DNA from: Alloascoidea hylecoeti
Taxonomy: Eukaryota
Length of the DNA: 64,000 nt
Assembly (NCBI GenBank): GCA_001600815.1
Contig: BCKZ01000022.1
Location: 276,982 to 340,981 of the forward strand
Direction of reading: 5' to 3'
This document shows positions 49,899 to 62,700 of this stretch, in pieces. The translations under genes were made by a program, and so were the position numbers. Within the stretch, counting starts at the first letter, position 1; each line of letters opens with the position of its first letter. The notes below the pieces were generated by a model that saw only the letters and a program-made list of their open reading frames with translations, had not been told where the DNA came from and searched no databases.

Positions 49899-52800
49899 AT
49901 GGGTATTTATCTATTATTTTTGGTTTTATCATTATATCCTCTCTTTACAAGATCACTAATTGTTATTTTTTTGAATTAGAAAAATCGATTCAACGGGGGT
50001 TGAACGATAAAATATATGAAAAGAGGAAATCAGCTGCTTTGGAAATTGAACGAACAATAAAAGATGCTTTAAAACAAAAAGATACACAGACAATAAGGGA
50101 CATTATAGATACTTTATGTAAAGATTATGCGTATGCAGTTCATCAACCAAATGCTAGAAATGGTGGACTGATTGGTTTGGCTGCTGCTGCAATTGCACTT
50201 GGTCAAGTATGTTACTATTATATGATTCTTTCACTTGATGTTATTATATTAATCATTGATGTCGACTTTTAGAACGATGTGGCTCTTTATTTGGAAGATA
50301 TAGTTCATCCTGTTTTAGCGTGTTTTGGGGATCAGGATGCGAGGGTTCGTTATTACGCTTGTGAAAGTATGTACAACATTGCAAAGGTTGCAAAAGGTGA
50401 AATACTTTTGTACTTTAATGATATATTTGATGTTCTGTGCAAGGTATGTTGATTTTTATTCATAATGGTAATATTGATAGCATTGCATTCTAACACTTGC
50501 TGAAAAACTTGATGATAGTTAGCTGCAGATTCCGATGTTTCTGTTAAAAATGGTGCTGATCTATTAAATCGTTTAATAAAGGATATAGTGGCAGAAAAGG
50601 CAACTTCTTATACATCTATACTACAAAACAATCAACCAATTAATCCAAATGATTCATTAATGGTTGATGATCATGGTAAATGTTTAATGATTTCACCATC
50701 ACAAACAAGTAAAGCATTTTCATTACCAAAATTTATACCATTATTAATGGAAAGAATATATGTTTTGAATCCTTTCACAAGAATTTTTTTAGTTTCATGG
50801 TTAACATTATTAGATTCAATACCTGATTTAGAACTAATTAGTTATTTACCTTCATTTTTAGGTGGATTAATTGATTTTTTAAATGATTCTCATAAAGATG
50901 TAAGAGTTGTTACACATTCGTGTCTTAATTTATTTTTACAAGAAATTAAAAGAATTTCTAAAATTAAAGAAACTGTTTTAAATTCAAATTCAAATTCAAA
51001 ACTAAAATCAAAAAGATATAATATAAATCAATACAATAAATCTCATCATAATAATACAAATATAATAAATGATGATCATACTATACAAGAAGAAATTGAA
51101 GCTGCTTTATCAAATGGAATTGTTGATTCAGAATTTCAAAATGATGAAAATTTTGAAACTAGTTCAACTTTACCATTAGATCAATCATCAGAAGTTGCAG
51201 TAGTTGGTGATGATGATCCAAATATTATGTTAAATAATGAAGAAAATGAGCATATTGAAGGGCAAGATGAAGAAAATCAATTACAAGATAGTGATTCGGA
51301 TGATTCAAGTTTTGATGAAGGACTTTATATATCAGGACAAGATATTGAAATTGATTATTCAAAAACTATTGAAATATTACTTTCAAATATTAATTCAATT
51401 GAAAGTGAAATTCAATTAGTTATATTAAATTGGATTGATGTTATATTAGATATTAATCCAAAAAGTTTTTTGCCATTTATACCAAAATTATTATCAATTT
51501 TATTGAAAATTGTGGCTCGTGATGATGAATCATTAAATATTGAAGCATCAAAAGTTAATACAAGTTTATTATTATTGATTAAAAATTTACCAGTGTCAGA
51601 AGTTGAATTAGATTCTTCTTCTTCAGCTGCTATATATAATGATGATGATAGTAATGATATATCATCACAACAATCAGATGAATCTGATATTTTAAATGAA
51701 TTAACACCAGCAGTAAATCAAGATAATTTTGAAAAAAGAGATGAAAAATTAAATTATTTAGAAATGATTAATACATTAAGAAATGAATTTTTAGATAATC
51801 ATAATGATATATTATCATCAAAATTTGAAATTTCAAGAATAACTGCATTAGATTGGTTAACTGTATTATATGAAGAAGCACCAAAAAAGAAAATATATTT
51901 TAAAAATGTTCATATGCATAATAATAATCAAAATAATGATGGTATAAATGATAATATAAATACAATTGCAAATAAAAATGATAATGAAAATATTTTTAAA
52001 ACATTATTAAAAGTTTTATCAGATCCAAGTGAAAAAGTAATATTAAAAGATTTAATATTATTATCAAAAATTTCATTAGAAAGTAATGATGAAGAATTTC
52101 AAGATTTTATGTTTGATTTATTAGAATTATTTAAAGATGATTCAAATTTATTAAAAATTAGAGGAAATCAAATATTAAGACAATTATGTTCAAGTTTAAA
52201 TTCAAAAAGAATTTATAAATCTTTAGCTATATTATTAGAAAATGAAAATGATTTAAATTTTGCTTCAAAAATGGTACAAATTTTAAATATTAATTTAATT
52301 TCATCACCTGAATTATTAGATTTAAGAAATAGTTTAAAAAATCCTGATTTAAAAGATGAATCTTCATTATTTTATACATTATTTAAAGCATGGAGTCATA
52401 ATTCCCCTGCTGCTCTATCGTTATGTCTTTTATCTCAAACTTATGAACATGCTTATTCAGTGCTTCAAATGTTTGTTGAATTTGAAATCACCATTGATTT
52501 ATTAATTCAAATTGATATGTTAGTTCAATTACTTGAATCTCCAGTTTTCACTAAATTACGTTTACAATTATTAGAACCTGAAAGATATCCATATTTATAT
52601 AAATGTCTTTATGGTATATTAATGTTATTACCACAATCAACAGCATTTAATACATTAAATAATAGATTAAATTGTATAAATGGTCATGGTATGGGATTTT
52701 TTTCAACAACTCCATCATCAATTCCAAATTCAAATTTATCACAAGCTAATTTAAATAATTCAAATTCAAATTTAAATATGAGATCAAGATTAAAAACAAT

Positions 52801-53140
52801 TGCTAGAGAAGAACCAATTTGGGAAATTTTATTAAATAAATTTAAAATAATGCAACAAAAACATGATAAATTTAGACAAAATGAAAATAGAAATAAAAAT
52901 CAACCATTTTTAGCTTCGAGTATAGATACGGGATCAACAGTGACATTAACGTCACAAACTGGTGACATAAATAGTAATAATACAAATGGATCGAAAATTT
53001 ATGAGGATACAACTAAAACAAATAAAAATAATATTAATAATATCACAAAACCATCATCTAATATTAATGTTACTGGTAAAATTCAAAGGAAACGACAAAT
53101 GCAGCGGAATATTGGAAGAACTAATAGTAATAAGAAATAA
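49899..53140 (+). CDS. VAC14: Vac14 PI(3,5)P2 scaffold; exons 49899-49902, 49980-50206, 50273-50443, 50519-53140
   Basis: Spliced N-terminus MEKSIQRGLNDKIYEKRKSAALE; RVRYYACESMYNIAKVAKGE; LVQLLESPVFTKLRLQLLEPERYPYLYKCLYGILMLLPQS. Confidence 0.95.
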
Positions 53141-53705
53141 GCGCTGGCGCTAATACAACTTCTTAATTCAATCCTCAGAAGATAATCGGGTTGCAATTGA
53201 TTCATTGGAGTTATAGAGATAAAGAGTTTTATTAATTTATTGGCTATATAATGAATTGCCGTAATTGACTATTTTGTAAAAAGTATTTAGTGATCATGAT
53301 GCTTTTAGATATTTTGAAAACGAATTTAATTGACATTGAAATTATATAAAAAGAATCTAAAAACATACTTTTAATCTAAATGCTTGATCCAACATCTAAA
53401 GTATAACACAAATTTGTTACAATTATAGGTAGTTCTTATAATGATAAATGGTCATAGTAAATCTAAGTTAAATACCAGGTATAAGAGTGTTATTGAGAGC
53501 TAAAGACATAAATTTAACTTGGCTTTATTAACTAAAACGTTACACCTGGAATTTTTTTCGTGAAATTTTAACTAAGTCATGACTTCAATTGTATTTAAAT
53601 GCTAATATACAGGCCTAGAATGTATAAGTTATCTATAAACTTATAAATTGTTATATTTTTGATGGTTTAGAATCGAATCTACTTTGATAAGATGATATAT
53701 ATATA

Positions 53706-53922
53706 TGTAGTCGAAAATAAACCTTGTTTTTCTAAATATATGAGGAAAATCCCCTCCTTATATAGATAGATAACTAACTATTTAACTATGAACCATTATC
53801 TAAGAATGAATAGGAATGTGAGGTAGTTAAAGTTATACTAAATTAGATAAAGATCTATATTATTTAAGGGAAGGTGATACCACCTCACAAGGAAAGAGGT
53901 GATTTACTAACAGAACTGGTAG
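53706..53922 (+). mobile_element. Possible degenerate solo LTR
   Basis: TGTAGT...ACTAACA termini about 205 bp apart, followed by TGGTAGC (initiator-Met PBS-like). No target-site duplication or second copy seen. Confidence 0.2.
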
Positions 53923-54864
53923 CCATATGTATAACATAAATGAACATGTTTATATTAGCCAATCTTCATATTCAAGACAGTCTTTGAGGTATGTTGTTAC
54001 GATTTTCTGGTCATATAATATAGCCGTACTTTATAATCAAAAATAATTATCTGAAACATCACTAATTAATTATCAAATTTTATTTTGATTAATTTCCAAA
54101 GCGAATGCTAATTAATTTACGGAAATAACGCCAATTAATTCTCAGACAGATCGCTAATTATTTTAGAAAATAGCGTTATTAATAGGTGGGACCGTATTGA
54201 GATAAATTTATCTCATTTTGTATGCATGAATTTGAGGATGGACGAATCGGGCATAAAACATGCATGGTTCGTGTAGAATAGTGCGCTATTTTTGGTATAG
54301 TTATACGCCGCTGAGGGTAGTGTGAGGTTTTGTAAGATAATTCAAATCATTTCAAGATGATGAATATTCCTTTCCCCTCATATAATTTTTTTAATAAGCT
54401 TAATGACAATCTTGTTTCTATTAGTCTACGATTCATCAGATTCAAACTGATGAGATTCTGCTACTTAAAAGTTTATAGTATTTTACCAAACCATTTTTAC
54501 AGCAACACAAAACGTTAATCAAGTATTCAAGAATTCTACTCTTTTTGACAATGATTATTCTCAGAATCTTGTTGTTTGGAAACCCACTGCTATTAATCGA
54601 ATACATTAAAGATCATTTATTGGAATAACATTCAATACATGGTACAATCATCATAAATCAAGTTTTCATTAAAGTACAAACTACTATATAAATCATTCAA
54701 ACTTAACGACATAAACTTTAACATGTAGCTTATAACAACTAGTACTTTATAGAATCACCAAGGGCTATAATAAAACCATCCATTATTTTGAGAGGTCATA
54801 GCAAAACTAGCAATAATCACAATCAATGAGATAATGATAATGATTGCAGAAACAATACATATTC

Positions 54865-55092
54865 CTAGAAACGTATGCTGCTTTGGCCATATGGATCAAA
54901 TGAAGCACCATTAGACGACTGATAAACGTTGAATCCTTGAAGTGCATAAGGGTTAAAATTTTGAGCTCCTTGAAGTGCATAAGGATTAATTGGAGGTCTG
55001 TATGCAGTAGTACTCTTAGCACGTATTTTATCCGTTTCTTGTTGGATTTTTGGATCCACTCCAGAAGGTTTAGATGAGTTATTAGAAGACAT
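54865..55092 (-). CDS. 75-aa hydrophilic small protein with NPYALQG repeats
   Basis: A-rich start context (CTAAAAATGTCT), host-like codon use, in-frame 33-bp-period repeat; no family recognised. Confidence 0.6.
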   Translation of the reverse strand: MSSNNSSKPSGVDPKIQQETDKIRAKSTTAYRPPINPYALQGAQNFNPYALQGFNVYQSSNGASFDPYGQSSIRF

Positions 55093-57539
55093 TTTTAGAA
55101 AATATTTCGTTGATTTGTTTTGAATATGAAGTAAGGAACTTCTGGATATTTGAGCAAAGGCGTGGATTTATGGAGTATTTATGTTATTTGGGAATAATAA
55201 TAAAAGAGGCAGTGGGTATCAAGTCGAAGTTACAATTAAAATCTATTCAATTTTGATTTTTTAGAAAGCTAATTATTGTTTCATTAATGTTATTTAGGTA
55301 GTAAATTAGTAATTCTGTAAAAAAAGAATCATATACCGGTATATGTTTACAGCAGGTCTTGTAATTTGATACCCCGCAACATATTTTTATAAAAATAAAT
55401 AGTCTCCCCCTTATTTAAGAAAGAGGACTGAATTTTTATTTTTTATATATTTTTGTTATAATTCATCATTTTCATTCAGTATTATTCTGATTAATTATAG
55501 ATTTTTATTCATTCATTAGTAGTATTAGTCTTATTATCAGTATTATCCGTTCTCAGTTTAGTTTATTACTCTTTATCTATTTATAATTTTATATATACAC
55601 ATTACTTTTTGTAAATTTTGTTCTATACGTATTTATTAGGAAATACTATAGTAATAAACGAGGCAGTGGAAAATGGCGTCATATTGATAATCAAAAAAAC
55701 TCTGCTCTCATGAGAACCAATAATATTAATATTTATTTCACCACTTTTCAGATCTACTAGCTAGACGTCATATTTCTATAAAAAACATATTTTTATATTA
55801 CACTAATTTTTCTCATATCATTATATTTACACACTTTTGATATATCTTTATTGTACACAATTTTTATTATATCTTGTTAACAACTTTGTATTAGCATAAT
55901 TGTTATATATTTTTAAACATTTTTAATACACTTATTTGTATTGTTATACTTTTGTTGTTATTTATGAACTATAAGTATTAAAACTTGATGGTTCCGTAGA
56001 ATTAAATTGAATTTTAGCCTTATAAGATCTAATTCTCACAATATCAAGTTGGAATTATAATTAAAGTGTACTCAATCTTGGCTTTTTGGATGTTGTAAAT
56101 TAATATACTGGGTTGGATTTGAACTAAATATTTGGCCAATGTACATATGTGTCAGCATATTTCAAGCTCTAGCTATAGACACATTAACTTAAGTGTCATA
56201 GATTACCATGGGGACATATCATTTTTAATAGTCTTTGAAAAAGAAAAAAAGAGTAGTGTGGTATTTTTGAACTTGTCACGAATATAACGTGGGTAAATAT
56301 AATTTTCGTCTCTAAATGATCGAATATTTAATGTAGAATGGCCCACTTATAAGTGTAAATATTAAGCTTGAATTTTCTCATCTTCGCTTTTATACTAAGG
56401 ACTCAAAAGAAAGCCATCAGCTAAATCAATTAACAGCACCGGAAATAATCCTATGATGGAATTGACTGAGAGTATTAACTCTGTGAATATTGAAGAAGAC
56501 TGTGCTTCACATTATGGTGCAACGGGAAGATTGAGTATTATTATAAAAGATCCTATATTGGCACAGGTTTATTTTTTAACAAATTCCGATATTTTCAATT
56601 TAAAACAACTGATACTAAAAAGAAAAACGAGCCAGACCTTATTTACGGACACACTATTGATTTTCAGTCGATTTTGCATCAAATATATGAAAGTATTCCT
56701 TCGTCATTTGCTTCCTATTACAGTGTACTCTTTTAATTGATGTTTTTGATAAAGTAATGTAAAGTAACGAAAACTAAAAGTAAAATATTAAAAGATTAAA
56801 TTGAAAAGATTAATAATGAGATTAGAGAGTTTAATACTGCCAAATATAGGAAGGTGATAATGCTTCTAGTCGGTAGAATAATGGTATTAAAGAGATTGAA
56901 TACTGGATGACGTACCCTAAGCTAAACAGACGATCCCATTGTGAAAACTGTGCACGGAAAGTTGTTAACGCCCGAGCTGCAGCCGCCATTATTGGAATAT
57001 GCATATGCATATCATATTTCCTTACTTCTCTGTAAAGTAGCAATGGTACAGTTGTGAGTAAGTCTCTCAGAACAAGTAATCAGATGGTTTAAGTCGTATG
57101 AGTTTTCCTTTTAAACCCCTTTTATATATTCTTATCCTTTATCCCTTTAACGATTTCAACCATCGAACAACTAAATTATATTATTCTGAATATTATTATC
57201 GTTATACATTATTATTATTTGCTCATTCTATAATTATATACATTCAATACGCATTTTTTATTTTATATTAAAAACACTTATTACAAGAAGATTAGCAGTT
57301 GTTAGACTTTTAGTCACAACAGTACTATGCATATAAATCTTTTTTCCTTCATAAAAATAATTTTTCTGAACATGATCAGGAACATAGAATTACAACTTCT
57401 TCCATTACTAATTCTTATTGTGAACTTAAGTACTTTTAGTTTTGGGCTATCACACAGAAAGGTGGATCTGATTTTATTTCCTATAAATATCATCAACTTT
57501 AATTTCATTTCATGTTTGTATACATGGTATAAGGTTATA

Positions 57540-57623
57540 TTAAAAAATACGGCAGTTCATAGTTTTATTAAAAAATACGGCAGTTCATAGTTTTATTAAA
57601 AAATACGGCAGTTCATAGTTTTT
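57540..57623. repeat. 28-bp tandem repeat x3
   Basis: TTAAAAAATACGGCAGTTCATAGTTTTA three times (last base differs in copy 3). Confidence 0.95.
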
Positions 57624-58240
57624 GTTTCTTATTTCTCTGATGAATTATCTCTAGTAATATTCTCACATTTGCCACCTACAACTTTACTCGGTTGTAGAAT
57701 AGTATATCTAATTCATGGAAACAAATAGTTGACAGCTATAGTGATGATATATGTAGATCAAAGTTTCAAGATCAAAAATATTAGAAATATTATAATGATA
57801 ATTCAGAAACTGATTCATGGTATGAATTATATAAGGAACTTCGTCTTTAAATCAAATTGGAAAAAAATGATAAATTTACAAAGAATAAATTAATTGGTCA
57901 TACTAATAATACAGTTTGTATTAAATTTTTTAAAAATTAGATTTTGACTCGTTCAGCAGATTACACAATAAGAATTTGGGACAGTGAAACATTTTTAAGA
58001 GTTATAAGTGAACCAAATATCGAGTTTTTATTACAGTTAGGAGTAGATATTGGTTTCTGGTTCATGGGATGGGACTTGTATAATTCGGAGTTTACCAGAT
58101 TTTGAGCTAATAGATCGTTTCATAATTCCAAAAGTTAGAGCTTCCTCTTCTGTCGATAGTCTCGCTTTATACAATGGTTATACTGTATGTTGTAATCATT
58201 CTATTACGATTTAGAAACCAAGTCTTGATAATTTAAAACA
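57620..58240 (+). pseudogene. F-box/WD40 pseudogene, paralog of 7024-8319
   Basis: Shares TCATGGAAACAAATAGTTGA, AGATCAAAGTTTCAAGATCAAAAAT, ATTCAGAAACTGATTC.TGGTATGAATTATATAA, GGGACAGTGAAACAT and TTACCAGATTTT with the intact gene; has stops, frameshifts and deletions. Confidence 0.92.
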
Positions 58241-58449
58241 CAATTTTAAAGGAGATGGTTAATATCCAAGTAATCAGATAAACTGCTTTTAGTTTGCGGA
58301 GATGACGTTACACAAAATATGCCGGCAATGCTTATATAGAATAAACTTGACCCTCGTTGCCCACTGAATGGAATCAATCTTCAGTAATAATATCTTTGGA
58401 GTAAATATCATACCGTAATGTGTAAATTAAATCACTAAGTATATACCTA

Positions 58450-58528
58450 TTACCCGGCTCTTACGTAGAAAAGTGAAATTTTTCTTGTTAGTGTTAAATT
58501 ATACTCATCTCTGTACCGTGAAAATTTT
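58450..58528 (+). promoter_or_regulatory. Ribosome-biogenesis promoter motifs upstream of UTP21
   Basis: Reb1-like TTACCCGG at 58450, RRPE-like TGAAATTTTT at 58474 and TGAAAATTTT at 58519, PAC-like CTCATC at 58505. Confidence 0.7.
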
Positions 58529-58560
58529 ACTGATTTTACCTAAATTCTTTTTTTCATATC

Positions 58561-61486
58561 ATGGTTTCTGAAATAGTTAATCATACTGATGATGATCAAG
58601 TATCAAAAAAGAGAAAAGTTGAACAAGACATTGTGAAAAAGGAATCTCGTCCTTCAAGAATATTTGCTCCATTTAGGGTAAGTGAAAAATAATCATAGAT
58701 TTAAAAATATTATATTGATATGATTTATTAAAACTAATAATGATTATTAGGTGATAGGAAATGTAACAAATGAAATACCATTTGCTGTAGCTTCTCTAGG
58801 TGATCAATTTTATATTACAACAAGTGTTGGTCGTTCTTTCCAAATATATGATGCTGCAACATTAAGATTATTATTTGTTTCAAATACACAAACAAGTTCA
58901 AAAATAACTTGTTTACATGCTCATTTCCATTATGTATTTGCAGCATGGGATAATACCATTGGTATCTATAAAAGAGGTAAATTAGAACATACTTTAATAT
59001 GTGGTGAAGATGAAGATGATGAAATTTCAATTAAAAATAATGGCCCAATTAAAAATTTATTATTACTTGGTGAATATTTAATTGCAACAACTTTACATAA
59101 GATTTTTATTTTTAAAAAAAATCCATCAAAATCTGATTTAAAATATCCAACTGATTTATATACAATAATAAATGTTTCTTCATTAAATGGTGATATTAAA
59201 GGAATTTCTCATCCACCAACATATTTAAATAAAATTGTTATAATGACAACTAATAATTTATTAATATTTAATATACGAACCGGGAAATTATTATTTACAT
59301 CTTCTGAAATTTCACCAAATTCTATTTTAACATGTATTGAATCTTCACCAATGCTTGATATAATTGCATTAGGTACATCAAAAGGTGAAATAATTTTTTA
59401 CAATATTAAAAAAGGAAAAATCACAAGAAAAATAGATACAAGGGAAGCAGTTAGTTCAATTTCTTTTAGAACAGATGGTTCCAGTCATATTGCAGTTGGT
59501 TTAAATAATGGTGATTTATTATTTTATGATTTAGATCGTAAAAAAAGAGTTCATTTATTATCAAATGCTCATAAAGAACATTTTGGTGGAATTATAAAAG
59601 TACAATTTTTAAATGGTCAACCAATTATTGTTACAACAGGTGGTGATAATCATTTAAAAGAATATGTTTTTGATCCTCCTTTATCAAATGGTGATATTTC
59701 AATTTCTTCTCCTCCAAGATTATTAAGATTTCGTGGTGGTCATTGTTCACCCCCATCAAGAATATTATTTTCAGATTTAGAATCACATTTTTTATTATCT
59801 TCTTCAAGAGATCAATCATTTTGGGGTTTTTCTTTAAGAAAAGATGCTCAAAGTCATGAATTTTCTCAAAAATTACAAAAAACTGGTGGTCAACGTGTGG
59901 CAGGACTAACAAATAATTTAAAACAAAAATTTAATGAAATTATTGATATTGCTTATGAAGGTACTCGTGAAGGTGAATGGGAAAATATTATAACCGCTCA
60001 TTTAGATGAAACTTTTGCAAGAACATGGGATAGACAAAAAGCAAGAGTTGGTAGATGGACTTTACCAACTGTTGATGGTAGTTTTGCTAAAGCCGTTGCC
60101 ATATCTTCATGTGGTAACTTTGGTATAGTTGGTTCAGCTCAAGGTGGAATTGGTGTTTATAATTTACAAAGTGGTATCTTAAGGAAAAAATTTGTAAATG
60201 TTCATAAAAGCTCAATTACTGGTGTTGCAATTGATGGATTAAATCGAGTAATGATATCTACTTCTTTAGATGGAACAATTAATTTTTATGATTTTGGTCG
60301 AGGTGTTCATACTACAAGAATGCGTTTATTAGCTCCTATTAATTCAATGGTATATCATAGATCATCAGATTTATTAGCAGTAGCTTTGGATAATTTATCC
60401 GTTACTGTTATTGACTTAACTACAAAGAAGAAGATTAGAGAATTATGGGGTCATTCAAATAGAATAACATCACTTGATTTTACACCAAATGGTCGATGGA
60501 TCATATCGGCATCTTTAGATTCCACAATTAGAACTTGGGATTTACCCACTGGTGGATGTATTGATGCTGTTAAAGTTGATAATGTTGTTACACAATTAAA
60601 AGTTAGTCCTACTGGTGATATGTTAGCAACTATCCATGTTAGCGGTGTTGGAATTGGTTTATGGACTAATAGAGCTCAATTTAAAAATATTTCTACAAGA
60701 CAAGTTAATGAAGATGAAATAAATGAAATCACATTACCTAACGTTTCAGGTGAAGGATCCAAAGGAATACTAGATGGTGTTTTTGATAATGATGAAGATG
60801 CAGAAAATTTTATTACAAGTAATCCTATAGATAATCAAATTGAACAACTTCATGATGATTTAATTACATTATCAGTTGGACCAAGAATAAAATTCAATAC
60901 ACTTGTTCATTTAGATGCAATTAGATTGAGATCGAAACCAAAAGAAGCACCAAAGAAACCTGAAAAGTTACCTTTTTTCTTACAATTTGGTGATAAAAAT
61001 AAAATTGGAACTATAAATGGCGCTGATACTGGAAAGAAAGATGAACCATTTTCCATTACACAAGGTGTTAAACCAACGAATAATGAATCTCTTAGATTTG
61101 AATCAGAATTTACTAAAAAATTGCGACTTGGAAATGATACTGGATCATTTAAACAATTTTTAGATTATTTGAAAGGATTATCTCCATCTTCAACAGATAT
61201 GGAAATTAGAACCATTAATCCTTTAGAATCATTAGATGAATTAATTTGGTTTATTAAGGCAATGTCTAATGGATTAAAATCAAATATAAATTTTGAATTA
61301 ATTGAAGCTTGGATAAGAATACTTTTAAAATGTCATGGTGATGCTATATTAGAAAATTATAATAAAAATAAAGAATTGAAGGAAACAATAAGTGAATGGG
61401 AAACATTACAAGAAAATTCTATTAATAGATTGGATTATCTTGTAAAATATACTTCAACAGTTTCAAACTTTTTATCATCATTTTAG
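58561..61486 (+). CDS. UTP21: SSU processome WD40 protein Utp21; exons 58561-58677, 58751-61486
   Basis: SRIFAPFR/VIGNVTNEIPF, SPPRLLRFRGGH, RELWGHSNRITSLDFTPNGRWI, KPKEAPKKPEKLPFFL; 73-nt intron GTAAGT...ACTAAT...TAG. Confidence 0.96.
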
Positions 61487-62399
61487 TCAAAATTTAAATA
61501 CTGTATAACTAGGCTAGTATGATAGAGATATAACTATAGATTTTTAACGGGTACTGCTCTAATTTTTATGATACATTTTCTTTCTTTTCTGGATAATGTA
61601 TTGTTCAATTCATTAATGTACGGAATAAATGAAGAAACATGTAAAGTAAAAGAAAATATAGCTAGCTAACTTATAATGATGTAACCTATAGCTGTAATCC
61701 ATTAATTTAATTGCTCTTTTTATGATAATTCTTCTCATATTATATAATTTTTAAATTTTCGAAACATTTTTTTTAATTGAAAGTTAATTTTAGTGTAATA
61801 TGCATACATATATCACTTATAAATGTTTTTTTTTGGTAAGCTTCGACCTAGTGCAGGGTATTCAAATCATCAGAACATCCAAATGGTAATTTTAGCAAAT
61901 ATTTTTTGCTTAGCACCGATAGTTGGTACCGAAAAACATGTACTTAATGTAATTATAAAATCAAAAAAAGATTATAAATTTAGCATGGACGAATAGTTTC
62001 TCAAATGGGGGCGAATATAACGCAAACTACTATATATTTAATCAATAGTATGGAAACCAATAGTATAGTAACCTGTCTATAGAAATAAATCAAATAGAAA
62101 ATTAGTTATTTTCTTTTTTTGCCAAATTGCCACTGACTCATTAATTGAAGATTATATTTGAAGTTCGATTAAACGCTTATTGCAAATGCTTTTTCAAATT
62201 ATGATGATCAATTAAATATATAAATCTCTATATATATTAAATAATTCAAAGCTAGTATCTAATTAATATATTAATTCATCAGAATAAATGGTTATTTCAT
62301 TGCTCTGTCCCAAGAATTCAATATACTGTATTTGGTAACGTTTTCAAAACTTTCCTGCATATGAACTCACACTTACAGCCGTATCAAGATTAACCGGAC

Positions 62400-62700
62400 G
62401 CTTTTTTCTCCTGTTCTACTCTAAAAGCCCATCCGAAGAACGCTTATAAAAATCATGGATAAAAGACTTTGCTTTGAATTTAAAGGGCCTTTTCTGATTG
62501 TAAATAATCAAGGGAATAGAATTATGTGGTATATGCATACAAATATGTTATGCTTAAGCAGGAGAATCACCTATACTGAAGGATGTAAGAACTTTTGGAT
62601 TTTACCATCGTTGGTGTTTGTGGAGTAGTGAAGAAGACTATGAATCATACGTTCTAGAGAAGATACTTGTAAAGAATACGTCTATTTTTATAGGAGTAAA
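62400..62700 (+). mobile_element. Possible chromovirus-type Ty3/gypsy integrase C-terminal relic
   Basis: KRLCFEFKGPFLIV (GPY/F-like motif), then after a frameshift EEDYESYVLEKIL (chromodomain-start-like). Confidence 0.4.

Noticed and set aside
55430..55980. Very AT-rich tract as a centromere
   Set aside because: No CDEI/CDEIII pair or flanking inverted repeats seen; not clearly distinguishable from other intergenic DNA.
57540..57623. 28-bp repeats as a CRISPR array
   Set aside because: Head-to-tail with no spacers, in a eukaryotic context with no cas genes.
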